A stretch of 64,000 nucleotides of DNA from Chrysomallon squamiferum (GCA_012295275.1 CM022678.1:7130001-7194000), one strand, 5' to 3'. Positions 1 to 14,963 are shown, counted from the stretch's first letter. Translations and numbers: made by a program. Notes: a model not told the origin generated them from the letters alone.

Positions 1-2672
1 GGTTCACCTAGCAAAATCTTTTCCATAACAAACTGAAACAAATAAAATACAACATCAGAATGAAAATAGGTGTTTTATGAGCATTAAACTTTTGTTAACA
101 TATCCTCACAAACAAACACATGAACCATGTACACATACACATACACACATATACTAATAAACATACACACGTATAATTCCACAAAGCAACTCCCACACAC
201 ATGAAGCTTTATTTTAAAAACTTCTAATATTTTCATTATCAGTTTCCTTTTAATTCTACATTTATTATTCCATTTCCTTTCTCAAAACTAATTATTTCTT
301 ATTGTTTTCTTTTATTTCCTCAACACAGACACCTATGTGATATTCACATGAATCCACACATGCATGCATCATTATATATAAATACAACAAACAGCCTATT
401 TCATGATCTGCAGTTACAAATGTGTTTAAAATCTTACTGTGTGTTTACAGATATATCGAACTGTTCATCTGAATCAACTTACTTTTAATGCCTGCTGCAT
501 AGGAATTTGCAGTAACTCATAAGCAGGAAGGGACATCACCAAAATACATAGTTTAGCCTGTGTACGATAATAATATACACCTAATGTTGCACACTGCATA
601 AACACACAGACACACAGACATATCAACATAAATCATATATACATACAAACATGCAAATACACATACTCAGATATATACACACAAACACAAAACAAACACA
701 TACACAAATACATATATTCAGACACATACACACCAACATAAAACACATTAATAAACACACAAACTGTAACACACAAGCATAAAACACACAAATACACATA
801 CTCAGACTTACAGAGAAACAAACACACACAATATATACTCAATAGAGAGACAGACAGACTGACTCCTACAAACATTACTCTTTTCAATAAAACCTTGTGT
901 CTGGCTGTGTTTATGTGTGATTATGCATGTGTAGGTATAGGTGTGTATATATGTCTGTATGTGAGTGAGTGAGTGTGTATGTATGTGTGTGTCTGTCCTT
1001 CGCTAGTTTCTATATTAATGATATATTCTGAATGCAAATGTATATAACATATATACAATGTGAATGTTTTTCAAGCACTTCCATGCATAAGTGAACAAGA
1101 GTTCTTTTACCTTCACATAGGTTACAGTCTTTGGAGACATGGCTGAGTAACATCCCACTTTAGAAAGAAGTCTGTTAATATCAGGATCACTGCTTCCAGT
1201 GATGGATATTGTTCTCTCCTTCAGTTCTTCAAACCTGACAGAGTAACAAAAAGAATCTAAATAATCTGTGATAGAGATTTTAAATATCTTAACTTTCAAG
1301 CAACTGAGTTCATATTTCCTTGATTATATTTTCATTGTATGAAATTATGTTTTGCTCAGTATAATATATATAGTGTGTGTGTGTGTGTGTATGTTAAGGA
1401 TGTAAATATTTATATTTCTCAACAAAAAAAGTATATATATAAATATATATTTACACATATGTACACAGATACATAGAAATAGATATATAGATATACAGAC
1501 AGATAGATAGTCTCCCTCAGAGATAAAGAGATGAAAATAGATAAAAGATACTTAGATACATAAAAAGACAGATAAATATAGATAGATAAATAGATAAATA
1601 GAGAGACAGACAGACAGACAGAGAGACAGACAGATACCATTTAGATGGTGGAATTTCCACGTCGGGACAACTGGTTATAAAATTGGCTCTTTTCTCCATT
1701 TTGCGTTGTCTATGTTCCAGAAGCTCTCCAGAAGTGAGCTGATCAAAGCAGTCCAGTTTGACCTTGAACTTCATAAACCTTTCTCTGAAATGATTTTAAA
1801 AAAAAAAAAAAAAAAAAAGAATCACAAATTCACTGTAATAGGTCAGTTGTAAGATGACAGGCATAATGTCTAACAAATAACAGCAATGTCAGTAGACTTT
1901 TTTGCCATTACGACCAAAGCCAAATTACTTTTTCATAAATGGTTAACCCTGCACCCAGTAGGTGATGTGTCGTTCTGGATTTGGGGTTCAATGTACTGTT
2001 AAGAATGCTTGCATTCATTTGTTTGTTCATTCGATCATTCATTCATTCATTTGCTGCTCATTTATGCATTCATAGGTTTGTTTTATTTTTGTTTATTCAT
2101 GTCTGACTGACATCCATTTATTTTTAATTTTGTTTTCATTCATTTTCATTCATTTATTTATTCATTTACCAACAATTTATGTTTAATTGTGGATTTTTAT
2201 TTTCTATTTTTTTTTTACTTAATATATATATATATTTTCTTTCTTTCACACATCCTCTTTTTTCTTTTTTATTTTTATTTTTATTTTGTTTTTATTTTAA
2301 TTTTTTTTTTTCTTTTTTCGTCTCCAGGTTTTGTAATTATTTATTCCTGTTTGGGGATAAAAGAAAAAGAGACAAGAAATGAAGTTGGCAACCTTTCTAA
2401 TCGTGACAGCTCATTGTCTACTTCTCTTTCTTCATTCTGTTTTATCTTCTGAAAATTCATCTGTGCCTTCTCAGTTATCTTCAACTTGTCATCTGCATTC
2501 TGCTTTCTGTGACCGGAGAAACAGAACAACATACAGACAGACATGTAGCAACAGATTAAATAGATAGACAGACAGACAGATATATAGATACAGAAAATGA
2601 GCTAGACAGATAGTGAGAGAAAGAGAAAGAGATGGTGTAAGAAAGACAGGCAGACAAAAGAGAGAATGGGTG

Positions 2673-2751
<79 letters not shown>

Positions 2752-3051
2752 AATCAATGAAAGAAAACAACAAAACAAAAGGTAAAAAATAATTTGTTGA
2801 GAGTACTTCAAATATTTTTCTAAAGCTTACACAGAAGGGGAGACTGCAAACAGCAGGTATATAAAAATACAATCAACAAATTGCATTATACTTAAATTTG
2901 TTAAAAGAAAAAAAATTAAAAAAAAATAATATATAAATAAAGATTACTGAACTGGAATAAAAATAATAATGAAAGAATGAAAACATGCTTTAAAGTAGTG
3001 AACAAATGAAGGAAGTATATAAATAATTTTTAAAATAAGAGAATACATTTA

Positions 3052-3118
<67 letters not shown>

Positions 3119-3332
3119 GAAGACTATTTCTTTACCCTTTATTAACTACACTGCTGGTTTTCTCTGCTGCCACTTTCAGCCAAATTGGCAAAGATTTCTC
3201 TTCCCCCAGTTCAGCTATTGCTGAGTGCACAGTAAGCCTTTGAAATCAGGAATTAAAGAACTGACATTAACATGAACATGCTCTGATTTTAATTAACATT
3301 TTGTAATGTCACACACACACACACACACACAC

Positions 3333-3387
<55 letters not shown>

Positions 3388-4608
3388 CAATGAAGAGGTA
3401 CATGACAGATGAAGGATAAAGTTGAAGAAATCGTGTAGATCACAAAACTAAACCCATCGTAAATCATAAATTGACTATGTGGACCATTATACTACTGCAG
3501 CATCAGCAACTACCGCAGTGCTTACTTCTGTGGTGTTTTGCTGAACAGTGAATCGTCACAAGGAGATGCAGCTACAAGGTCGTCCCAAGTCTCCACTTTG
3601 GTCTGTTGTGGCAGATCTTTTAAACAGATTCTGAAATTTTAGAAATAATAATAAATACAACAAAAATTGTACAATCATTACTCTCACATCAAAATAACAT
3701 AATCACTATTTTACACATCAAAATAACATAATCACTACTTTTACATCAAAATAACATAATCAAAAAATAACATAATCATAATTTACCTCAAAATAACACT
3801 ACTTTTACATCAAAATAACATAATCACTACTTTTACCTCAAAATAACATAATCACTACTTTTACATCAAAATAACATAATCACTACTTTTACATCAAAAT
3901 AAAATAATCACTACTTTTACATCAAAATAACATAATCACTACTTTTACCTCAAAATAACATAATTACTACTTTTACATCAAAATAACATAATCACTATTC
4001 CTACACCAAAACAGCATAATTGCCACTGTTACACCAACATAACATAATCACCAATGTTACACCAAAATAACATAATCACCAATGTCACACCAAAATAACA
4101 GTCATTACTATCACTCCAAAATAACACAATCGCTAATCTTAGACCAAAATAACACAATCACTAATCTCACACCAACATACCACACTCACCACTCTGATAC
4201 CAAAATAACACAATCAATACTCTCATCAAAATAACACAATCACCACTCCGACACCAAAATAACAGTCACTACTCTCACACCAAAATAACACAATCACCAT
4301 TTTGACACCAAAATAACGTGACCACCACTCTCGCACCAAAAACATCAGCATCACCCAACCCCTACTACGCTGTAGAGCAAGTGTAGATTAGTTCACCCTG
4401 ATTCACCTTTCCCTCGAAGACGAAACTTTCCTGTCTCTACGTGCCTGAAGACAGTGCCCTGTTTTGCCATTTTCTCCCAGAAGCATCGATACATCAATGA
4501 CAGACAGACGATGTGACTGCATTTTTGAAAAGCGTCTGCAATCAAACAGTGTGTCATCAATGGAAGTGTCACCGTCTGTTGTTGTATGTCGTAGAAATGT
4601 TATTATTA

Positions 4609-4652
<44 letters not shown>

Positions 4653-6295
4653 TTATTATTATTATTACTATTATTACTATCATTATCATCATCATCATCA
4701 TGATTATTACTATTATTATTACTATTAGCATGATTATTATTATTATTATTATTACTATGATAAGCATTAAAGATACATTCTACTATATTTTAACTTGTAT
4801 ATTTAAATTTCTCTGAGTGTGTATGAATGTGCACTTCCATATATCCATATACATGCACAAACACACACACACACTCTTTATTTGTACAGGTGTGTGTGTA
4901 TATATATGTGTGAGTGTGTGTATGTGTATTTGTGCGTGTATGCATGCATTCATGCTTGTGCATGATTAACTGTTGATTTACTTATAAATCAGATTTGTGG
5001 GGTTTTTTTGTAGATCTTTGTTCTACTTACATCTGAGTAAACCGAGATGACTGATATTTTCTCAGCTCTCTAAGTAACTGTCGAGATAGAGGTTTCTAAA
5101 AATAAAGAAAAATAAATATATATATATATATATATATTATCAAAAAAAATTAATGGTACAAATAAGTGATATAAATAAATTTGTTTACTTCAAAATTATT
5201 TGTTATTAAGACATAAATGGTTATTTATACACACATACACACTCACATATATTTTGATATACACACATACATACATACATATTTAAATACCTTTAAGCAT
5301 ACTGCATGCCAGTGTATGTCTACATGTCTGTAGGTGTGTGTGTGTCTTAGTGTTATGTGTAAACTTTTGTGTATCTGAGTGTGTTTGTGTGTATATTTTT
5401 ATGTCCATATATAGATGTGTGTGTGTGTGTGTGTGTGTATTGTTTTGTTAACATGTTATATATTTTTGTGAGTTTCAGCATCTCTTTTGGCATCTGTTTG
5501 TGTGTGTGTATATCTATCTATCTATCTATCTAAATATATATATATATACACACACACACACATACATGTGTGTGTGTGTATGCATGTGTGTGTGTGTCTG
5601 TATATTTTTTATGTCTCCCTTGCAGTATGTCTGTTTGTCTGTTTGTATTAAGGTTTGTCTCTGCAAATCACTAAAAACTTACCCTGGTTTTCAGAGACTT
5701 ATTGCTTACACTTCTCAGAAACATTATAATTTCATAAATATTCTCCAAATAACTCATCTGATCTCGTTTTACTCTTTCTTTTGTAAGTGCCCTGAAGTAC
5801 AAAACATTCCACAGCCAACATTCAATGAGAATTCATTTACTGATTGACCAACAACTTAAAATAAAATGAGAATTTTTCTACCCATTGCCCAACACTTATG
5901 TTTCTGGTGATGTACATTTTAAACTCTTTTACTCACTCCTAGACTGGTGGTCAAGAAAAAGGATAATGTGGAGAAAAAAAAAACATAATATATATATATA
6001 TATTAAAAAGTAATTAAGAAATAATAATAAATGAAAATAAAAAGAATTTCAGTTTTAATAAACACACACACACACAAAGACACATGTTCATACATCCATC
6101 TGTGTAAACACACCAACACCCACATACACACACAAACACACAAGCACATATATACACATGCACACTCACACACACAGACACACATAGACACACACACACA
6201 CACTCACACACAGACACACAAACACACACACACACAGACACACAGCAAACTGTCTTAAAGGACCTGCACTGAGACTGCTAGATATGGGTGACAAG

Positions 6296-6327
<32 letters not shown>

Positions 6328-6344
6328 AAACACTCACACACACA

Positions 6345-6396
<52 letters not shown>

Positions 6397-6815
6397 AACT
6401 CTCACACACACAGACACACACACACACACACACACATACACACACTCACACATACACAAACACTCACACACACACAGACACACACTCACACACACACACA
6501 ACTCAAGTGCTTACATGAGATCCTGGGCTGCAGCAAACTGTCTGGAAGGACCTGCACTGAGACTGCTAGATATGGATGACAAGACACACACACACACACA
6601 CACACACACACAACTCAAGTGCTTACATGAGATCCTGGGCTGCAGCAAACTGTCTGGAAGGACCTGCACTGAGACTGCTAGATATGGGTGACAAGACACA
6701 CACACACACACACACACACACACAACTCAAGTGCTTACATGAGATCCTGGGCTGCAGCAAACTGTCTGGAAGGACCTGCACTGAAGACTGCTAGATATGG
6801 GTGACAAGACACACA

Positions 6816-6891
<76 letters not shown>

Positions 6892-6903
6892 CTCACACAC
6901 ACA

Positions 6904-6950
<47 letters not shown>

Positions 6951-7274
6951 AAACACTCACACACACAGACACACACTCACACACACACAACTCAAGTGCT
7001 TACATGAGATCCTGGGCTGCAGCAAACTGTCTGGAAGGACCTGCACTGAGACTGCTAGATATGGATGACAAGACACACACACACACACACACACACACAA
7101 CTCAAGTGCTTACATGAGATCCTGGGCTGCAGCAAACTGTCTGGAAGGACCTGCACTGAGACTGCTAGATATGGGTGACAAGACACACACTCACACACAC
7201 ACACAGACACACACAGACACACACACACACACACACACACAGACACACACACACATACACACACACACTCAACA

Positions 7275-7345
<71 letters not shown>

Positions 7346-7434
7346 CTCAAGTGCTTACATGAGATCCTGGGCTGCAGCAAACTGTCTGGAAGGACCTGCA
7401 CTGAGACTGCTAGATATGGGTGACAAGACACACA

Positions 7435-7489
<55 letters not shown>

Positions 7490-7516
7490 AGACACACACA
7501 CACACTCACACACACA

Positions 7517-7565
<49 letters not shown>

Positions 7566-7672
7566 CTCAAGTGCTTACATGAGATCCTGGGCTGCAGCAA
7601 ACTGTCTGGAAGGACCTGCACTGAGACTGCTAGATATGGGTGACAAGACACACACACACACACACACACACA

Positions 7673-7711
<39 letters not shown>

Positions 7712-7741
7712 AGACACACACATACACACACACACTCAACA

Positions 7742-7806
<65 letters not shown>

Positions 7807-7887
7807 CTCAAGTGCTTACATGAGATCCTGGGCTGCAGCAAACTGTCTGGAAGGACCTGCACTGAGACTGCTAGATATGGGTGACAA

Positions 7888-7952
<65 letters not shown>

Positions 7953-8408
7953 AGACACACACACACACACACACACAACAGACACACACACACACACACA
8001 CTCACACACACAGACACACACTCACACACACACAACTCAAGTGCTTACATGAGATCCTGGGCTGCAGCAAACTGTCTGGAAGGACCTGCACTGAGACTGC
8101 TAGATATGGGTGACAAGACACACACTCACACACACACACAGACACACACAGACACACACACACACACACACACAGACACAGACACACACATACACACACA
8201 CACTCAACACACAGACACACACACACACACTCACACACACAGACACACACTCACACACACACACAACTCAAGTGCTTACATGAGATCCTGGGCTGCAGCA
8301 AACTGTCTGGAAGGACCTGCACTGAGACTGCTAGATATGGGCGACAAGACACACACACACACACACACACAGACACAGACACACACACACACACACACAC
8401 ACTCAACA

Positions 8409-8465
<57 letters not shown>

Positions 8466-11400
8466 CTCAAGTGCTTACATGAGATCCTGGGCTGCAGCAA
8501 ACTGTCTGGAAGGACCTGCACTGAGACTGCTAGATATGGGTGACAAGACACACACACACTCACACACACTCACACACACTCACACACACACAACTCAAGT
8601 GCTTACATGAGATCCTGAGCTGCAGCAAACTGTCTGGAAGGACCTGCACTGAGACTGCTAGATATGGGCGACAAGACAGGCAAGAGAGTAGACATGGACG
8701 TTGTTAAACCAGACACTATTGATGGCAAACCAAGCTAGAATGAACGACGCAAAATGAAGTGAAATAAAATGAGGCGAAAGCACAGTAAAATACAGTTAAA
8801 CAACGAAGTGAAATGAAATAAGAAAGTAAAATGAAATAAGAAAGTGAAGTGAAATGTAATAAGAAAAATGAAGTGAAATATAATTTAAAGATGGAGTGAA
8901 ATGAAGTGAAATAAAATTAACGTAAAACAAAATAATGAAGTAAAATAAAATAACAAAATAAAGTGAAATAAAAACAAATGAAGTGAAATGTAATTTAAAG
9001 ATGGAGTGAAATGTAATTTAAAGATGGAGTGAAATGAAGTGAAATAAAATTAACGTAAAATAAAATTTAAAGAAATGAAGTGAAATAACAAAATGAAGTG
9101 AAATGAATTGAAATAAAATAAGAAAATGAAGTAAAATGTAATTAAAAAATGAAGTGAAATAAAATAAAATGAAGATATAATTTAAAAATGAAGTGAAATG
9201 AAATAAAAAAATGAAGCAAAGTAAAATAAAATGAATAAAATGAAGTGAAATTAACAGAAGTAAAATGAAATAAAATGAAGTAAAATAGAGTAAAACAAAA
9301 TAATGAAGTGAAATAAAATAACAAAATAAAGTGAAATAAAAACAAATGAAGTGAAATAAAAATTGGAAATGAATTAAAGTAAAATAATAAAATAAAACAA
9401 AATAAAGTGAAATGAATTAAAATAAAATGATGCAAATTGAAATAAAATAACAAAATAAAGTAAAATGAAGTGAAATAAAATAATAATGAAGTGAAATTAA
9501 AGTCAGGATGTATGTAAGGATATACTATTATCAGGATACATGCATGTAAAGAAACCTTAACATGATACAATTAGGTGTGCTAGGATATATTCCAAAGTAA
9601 ATACATCTGATCAGGATAAATTCATTAAGGATAAATTCCAGTGTAAATAAATGTTATAAGGATACATTACAATGTAAATAAGTCTGATCAGAATATGTGT
9701 GTGTAAGGATATATTCCAATGTAAAGAAACCTTATCAGGATATGAGCGGAAGGATATATCCAAAGTAAACAAAACTTATCAGGATATGTGTGTGCTAGGA
9801 TATATTCCAAGGTAAATAAACTTTATCAGGATACATGTGTATGCTAGTATACATTCTATTCTAATTAGCAGGATTATACCTATGCAAGGATATATTCCAA
9901 TGTAAATAAATTTTATCAGGCTATATATACATGTATATGTAAAGATACCTTCCAGTGTTAATAAAGATTATTAGTATACAAGCGTATGCTAGGATATGTT
10001 CCATTGTAGTTATCAGGATATATGTACAGATGTATATACTCCAATTTAAATAAACCATGTAAGGATATATAATAAATTCCAATGCAATTAAAGCTTATTA
10101 AGTTATATGTATGTAGAATATATTCCTACGTAAATGCATCTTATCTGGAATTTACTGTTGTAAAGATATATTCTTATGTAAATACGTCTTTACAGGAAAT
10201 ATGTGTGTAAGGATAAATTCTTATGTAAATACGTCTTTACAGGAAATATGTGTGTAAGGATAAATTCTTATGTAAATTCCTCTTATCGGAAAATACGTAT
10301 GTAAGGATATATTCCAATGTAAATAAGCTCTATCAGGAAATACGTATGTAAGGATATATTCCAATGTAAATAAGCTCTATCAGGAAATACGTATGTAAGG
10401 ATATATTCCAATGTAAATAAGCTTTATCGGTGTAAGGACACCTCTTCGCCTACATCATGTGATGACTGCAGGATATTTTGGATTACTTCCTCCTCATTCG
10501 GGGCCACCTCTGCCGAAGTTTCTGCTGCTATTGCAGACTCAGTCTCTGGAACTTGTACGGTTGGCTGCTGCATTCCCAGCAGATCCAAGTCATGAATCGA
10601 TACAATCACCATCTCGTTCTCAGGCGTCTCCATCCTTTTCTCGTGCTGTCAGTGGAAATATATTAATAAATAAACAAACAATAAATAAATAAATAAATAA
10701 ATAAAACAATAAACAACAAATAATCAGACAAATAATCAAACAAATAAACAACCAAATGAATAAAACAAATAATCAAACAAACAAATAAACAAATAAATAA
10801 AACAACAAATAATCAAACAAATAAACAAACAACTAAATAAAACAACAAATAATCAAACAAACAAATAAATAAATAAAACAACAAACAGTCAAACAAACAA
10901 ATAAACAAACACAGAAACAAAGAAACAATCAAATTAATTGATTAAAAACATTTAATCTGTTATTATTATTTTTTTTTTTTTTTTTTACTTTATGTTTGTG
11001 TTTATAGGTGTGGAGTGTGAGTGATTGTGTACAGATGGTTTTTGTATCTGTGTGTTTAATATATATATATCTGAAATTTCTGTATATGTTCATGTGTTTT
11101 GGTCTCTGTCTGTGTCTTTGTGTGTGTGTATCTGTTTGTTTGCATATGTATGTATATTAATAAATAAATAAATACATACATAAATAAACAAATAAAACAA
11201 CAAATAAACAAACAAACAAATTGCAGAAATAAATGAACACATTAACTAATTAAAAATATTTAGTCTGTTATTCTTAATTTCTTTATTTTTTACTTTATGT
11301 TTGTGTTTATATGTGTGGAGTGTGAGTGTTTGTGTAGAAAATGTGTGTATATATTTATTTGTGTGTTTGTGTCTGTATCTGTAATATATAAATTTATATA

Positions 11401-11993
11401 TTTTGTGGTTTATTGTCTGTTATGTGATTTTGTCTGTCTATGTGTATGTGTGTGTGTTTGTGTATGTAGGGAGGCAAGGTGGCAGTTGGAAATAGCAAAA
11501 CTGAAGGTGGAGAGACAAACAGACAAATGGACATACAGAAGAAACAGACATGGTGATTGAATTTTTATTTTTTTTTAATTTATATTATTTAACTTTAGTT
11601 GCTCTTGTTTTTAAAGTTTTGTTTTATTTAGGTTTTTTTTAAATAAAATTAATAACACATCATCCATTATAAACAATTTCTTGACCTTTTTGCACGGGTT
11701 ATCATTAACCAGTCAGTAAATTCAAGGACACCAACCTTTCATAGACATAAAAGTTTTTTTCAGACAGCCGCTCACCTCTACAAGGGTACCGTCATAGATT
11801 TTTCCAGCTTTCACAGATCGCACTCTTTCATTCGACCGTTTTATTGCCTGAAGGATCTTCTCATAGCCAGCTTTTGAATGTACATCAATAACTTGGGTGT
11901 CCAGTGATTCTGACTGCAAATCACATTACAGTAGTTTATATTTATTTATTTATTTATATATATATAAGATATATATGTATATATATACATATA

Positions 11994-12080
<87 letters not shown>

Positions 12081-12438
12081 TGTGTATATGGGCATGTAGA
12101 AAGGCAGTGAAACAGAGAAAAATAACCAGAATAAAATAAATGATAGATGGAGACAGGTAGGTAGTCAGATAAACTGAATTACAGACAAGTAAACATTTAT
12201 ATATATAGAGAGAGATAGATTGATAGAGAGATAGATAGATATTGATATAGTCTATGTACAGAATCTAATCAAATATATATGACAACAGAATATTCATTCT
12301 TAAAAACACACACACATATATATACACACACTTACTTACAATTATATATATATATATATAAATAAATATATATATATATAGTCTATATGCAGAATCTAAT
12401 CAAATATATATAAGACAAAAGAATATTCATTCTTAAGA

Positions 12439-12473
<35 letters not shown>

Positions 12474-14507
12474 AACACTTACAAACAGACACACTAAAAA
12501 CCTAATTTCTACATAGTTTTATAACACTCAGAAACACACTTAACCTGTGAGTTTTTTTCTACTGACTCAAATGATAAAATAACCAAATACATTAAACAGC
12601 TGGCACTTATATAAATAAATATAACAACTAAATACATACCAGATGCGACGTATCTTCTACTGGAGGCATCACGTCTTGCTCTTTCTCAATTATGTACGAA
12701 TGCATCTGAAATTTCTGAAAATGAATGTACAGATGAATGGATAAATGCATGGAGACTTTGCATGGATGGATACATTGACAGATGAATGAGAGAAGAATGG
12801 ATAAAGAGAATAATGGATGCATGGATGGGAGAATAGATATATGGACAAATGAAAGGAAGATTGAAAGAGCAAACAAAGTGAATGTGTTAATATCTGTACA
12901 TATTTTAGTACTGAGTTACTTTTCTTTTATGGTTAATTTAATAGCTATCATTTAAAAAACAGTCTTGAAAAATTATAATTTGAGTATAATTAACAAATTA
13001 ACCTTTAATGACCCAACATACTTAATAATAATTATTATTATTATTATCATTTCTATTATTAGGTGTCATTTATTATAAATTTCTTGTAAAATTATGGAGA
13101 AAAAAAAAGAAACACAGAAGAATTAACAATAATAATTATTATTATTACTACTATTTGGTGTCAGTTATTTTATATTTCTAATAACATTATGAAGGAAAAA
13201 AAACAAAAAAACATAGCATAATTGTAATCATTACTTGTGCCAATTGCATATTTTACAGAACATCAAAATTAAAAAGATTTAAAAAAATTTATATAAAAAT
13301 TAAAAAAAGAAAAAAGAAAAACATAAAATAATCATAACCATTACTTGTTGCATATTTTTCAGATAAAAAAAAAATCATAATAATTATATAAAAATTAAAA
13401 AAAGAAAAAAGAAAAACATAGCATAATCATAACCATTACTTTCAGAAAATCAAAAAAAAAAAAAAAAAATTATTTAAAAATTAAAAAAGTGAAAAAAAGA
13501 AAAACATAAAATATTTGTAATTATTACTTGTGCCAGTTGCATATTTTTCAGAATATCAAAATTAAAACAAAATTAAACAAAATTATATAAAAATCAAAAA
13601 TAAGAAAAACAGAACATAATCATAACCATTACTTATGCCAGTTGCATATTTTTCAGAACATCAAAAAAAATCAAAAATTAAATTATATAAAAAAAATCAA
13701 AAACAGAAAAAAAGAAAAACATAATATAATCATCACCATTAATTATGCCACTTACATATTCTAAAAAACATCACAAAAAAAAAAAAAAAAATTAAAAAAA
13801 ATTATACAAAATTCAAAATTGATACCTTTGTTGCTAAGGGGTTTTCCAGTGTATGCATAATAAGGTCTCTGGTATCGAGAATAATTTCTCCCGTGGGTCT
13901 GTAGGTGACACCAAACGGGGAGAAGAAGCCAGTGGACAGATTGTTCTCTCTTCTGTTGAATGTGTCCTTCCACAGATCTTCAGATCTCCACTCCTCAACG
14001 CGACTGCCATCTTCTCTCCAAACCTTCTTACAGATATAGATCGGTTTGTCTGAAATAATTTTTTTTTTATTTTTTCAAATAATGATGTGAAATAAATAGT
14101 AAGAATTTAAACAAAGACAGACACACACACACACAAATGTTTGTAAAACTTTTATATATGTATATGTGTGTGTATATATGTGTGTATATGTATATATATA
14201 TAGATATGTGTGTGTGGATGTGTTTGTGTATATATATTTTAAATGTCATGATATATATATATATATATCATGACATTTAAATTTTTACAAAAATATTTGA
14301 TTTTATGTAGCAGCTGAAATTGAAAATATTATTGAACAGTTTAAAACGTTATTTAGGAAATGGCTCTAACATCTCTGTTCAGTATGCTTTATATATTGTG
14401 TAATAAAATTATTGAATATAAAGTTTCATCTTACTCTCTGGTGCATAGTATTTGCGTTTCATGAACTTTCCAGCCAAACATTTGTGTATTGGGGGCCGAT
14501 ACTCCAT
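1..14507 (-). CDS. Uncharacterised protein, at least 16 coding exons, at least 614 aa, 3' end runs off the window start
   Basis: Minus-strand exons in order: 14435-14507 (ATG), 13826-14049, 12640-12714, 11776-11913, 10442-10645, 8607-8734, 5683-5791, 5031-5095, 4407-4535, 3526-3630, 3136-3237, 2393-2506, 1638-1784, 1111-1234, 483-557, <1-32. All are flanked by AG/GT and the phases chain into one stop-free frame: [55 protein letters not shown]...[84 protein letters not shown]. The exon 5 donor is weak (GAG|gtgtcc) and has in-frame alternatives. I recognise no family. Confidence 0.85.
2675..2748. repeat. (GA)n microsatellite
   Basis: Pure GA run. Similar runs occur near 3054-3116, 3337-3385, 16135-16198, 20345-20424, 20512-20585, 24607-24672, 42602-42665 and 45846-45928. 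Confidence 0.95.
3685..4340. repeat. About 28-29 bp minisatellite (CATCAAAATAACATAATCACTACTTTTA-like), about 20 copies diverging to the right
   Basis: Directly visible tandem units in the intron between exons 4407-4535 and 3526-3630. Confidence 0.9.
6243..8676 (-). repeat. Compound tandem array: 86-bp unit (exon 3' end plus GTAAGC donor) x12 plus one partial copy, separated by variable (CA)n tracts
   Basis: The unit AACTCAAGTGCTTACATGAGATCCTGGGCTGCAGCAAACTGTCTGGAAGGACCTGCACTGAGACTGCTAGATATGGGTGACAAGAC starts near 6500, 6612, 6724, 6989, 7099, 7344, 7564, 7805, 8034, 8265, 8464 and 8592, with a partial copy at 6243-6296. The last copy is part of real exon 8607-8734. Confidence 0.95.
8750..9500. 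repeat. Degenerate pentamer satellite (AAATG/AAGTG/AAATA)
   Basis: Visible periodic low-complexity purine-rich tract; it explains ORF 9142-9570. Confidence 0.85.
9500..10438. repeat. About 44-47 bp minisatellite (ATCAGGA...TGTAAGGATATATTCCAATGTAAATAA)
   Basis: About 20 degenerate tandem units, best conserved at 10180-10430 and abutting the donor of exon 10442-10645. Confidence 0.85.
11996..12076. repeat. (TA)n microsatellite, about 40 units
   Basis: Pure TA run. Confidence 0.95.
13190..13820. repeat. About 85-100 bp A-rich tandem repeat (AAAACATAGCATAATCATAACCATTACTTGTGCCAGTTGCATATTTTTCAGAA core), about 6 copies
   Basis: The core recurs near 13207, 13317, 13413, 13500, 13612 and 13715. Confidence 0.8.
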
Positions 14508-14963
14508 GTCTTAAAGATAAAACAAATCATTTGATCTTCAGGGTATATAATGTGAGAAATAGCTGTAATCATAAAAACACGCGCGCGCGCGCACGCACGC
14601 ATACATACAGTCGATTTGATAATGTTATTGTAGTTACTAAAATGATGATGATGGTGACGATAAAAATGATGGTGATAATAATTAAAATTAAAATTAAAAT
14701 TAATAACCGAGAATTGTAATAATCATCGATGGCGATGAACTAACGACATAAAATGTTTCTGCAAAAAATAAACCAAGTATGAAATATAACTTTTAGGTCC
14801 TTTGTTCAGATAGCTAGAGATGATTTCACAAATTCCGAAATTTTTTATATTTAAATATAACAATTATAATGACAAAAAATAAAATTAAAGAACAAAACAA
14901 ACCCGAATTACCCACCTACGAAACTATGGTTTAATTTGCTGCGCGTAACTACGCAGTTTTCTC

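Noticed and set aside
4536-4575. Upstream acceptor (4576-4577) extending exon 4407-4535 on the minus strand
   Set aside because: It introduces an immediate in-frame TGA given the incoming phase; the acceptor at 4536-4537 keeps the frame open.
6031-8569. His/Thr-rich and Cys/Val-rich ORFs as metal-binding repeat proteins
   Set aside because: They are translations of (CA)n/(TG)n microsatellite in several frames on both strands, with frame set by tract length, inside an intron of another gene.
6243-8676. CRISPR-like look of constant repeats with variable spacers
   Set aside because: The units are 86 bp and derive from a host exon, the spacers are just (CA)n, the context is a spliceosomal intron, and no cas genes are present.
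11690-11775. ORF 11722-11919 ending GWCP-TGA as a possible selenocysteine or readthrough site
   Set aside because: A good donor (GAG|gtgagc at 11775) exits the exon before the TGA and keeps frame with the next exon, so the TGA is intronic.
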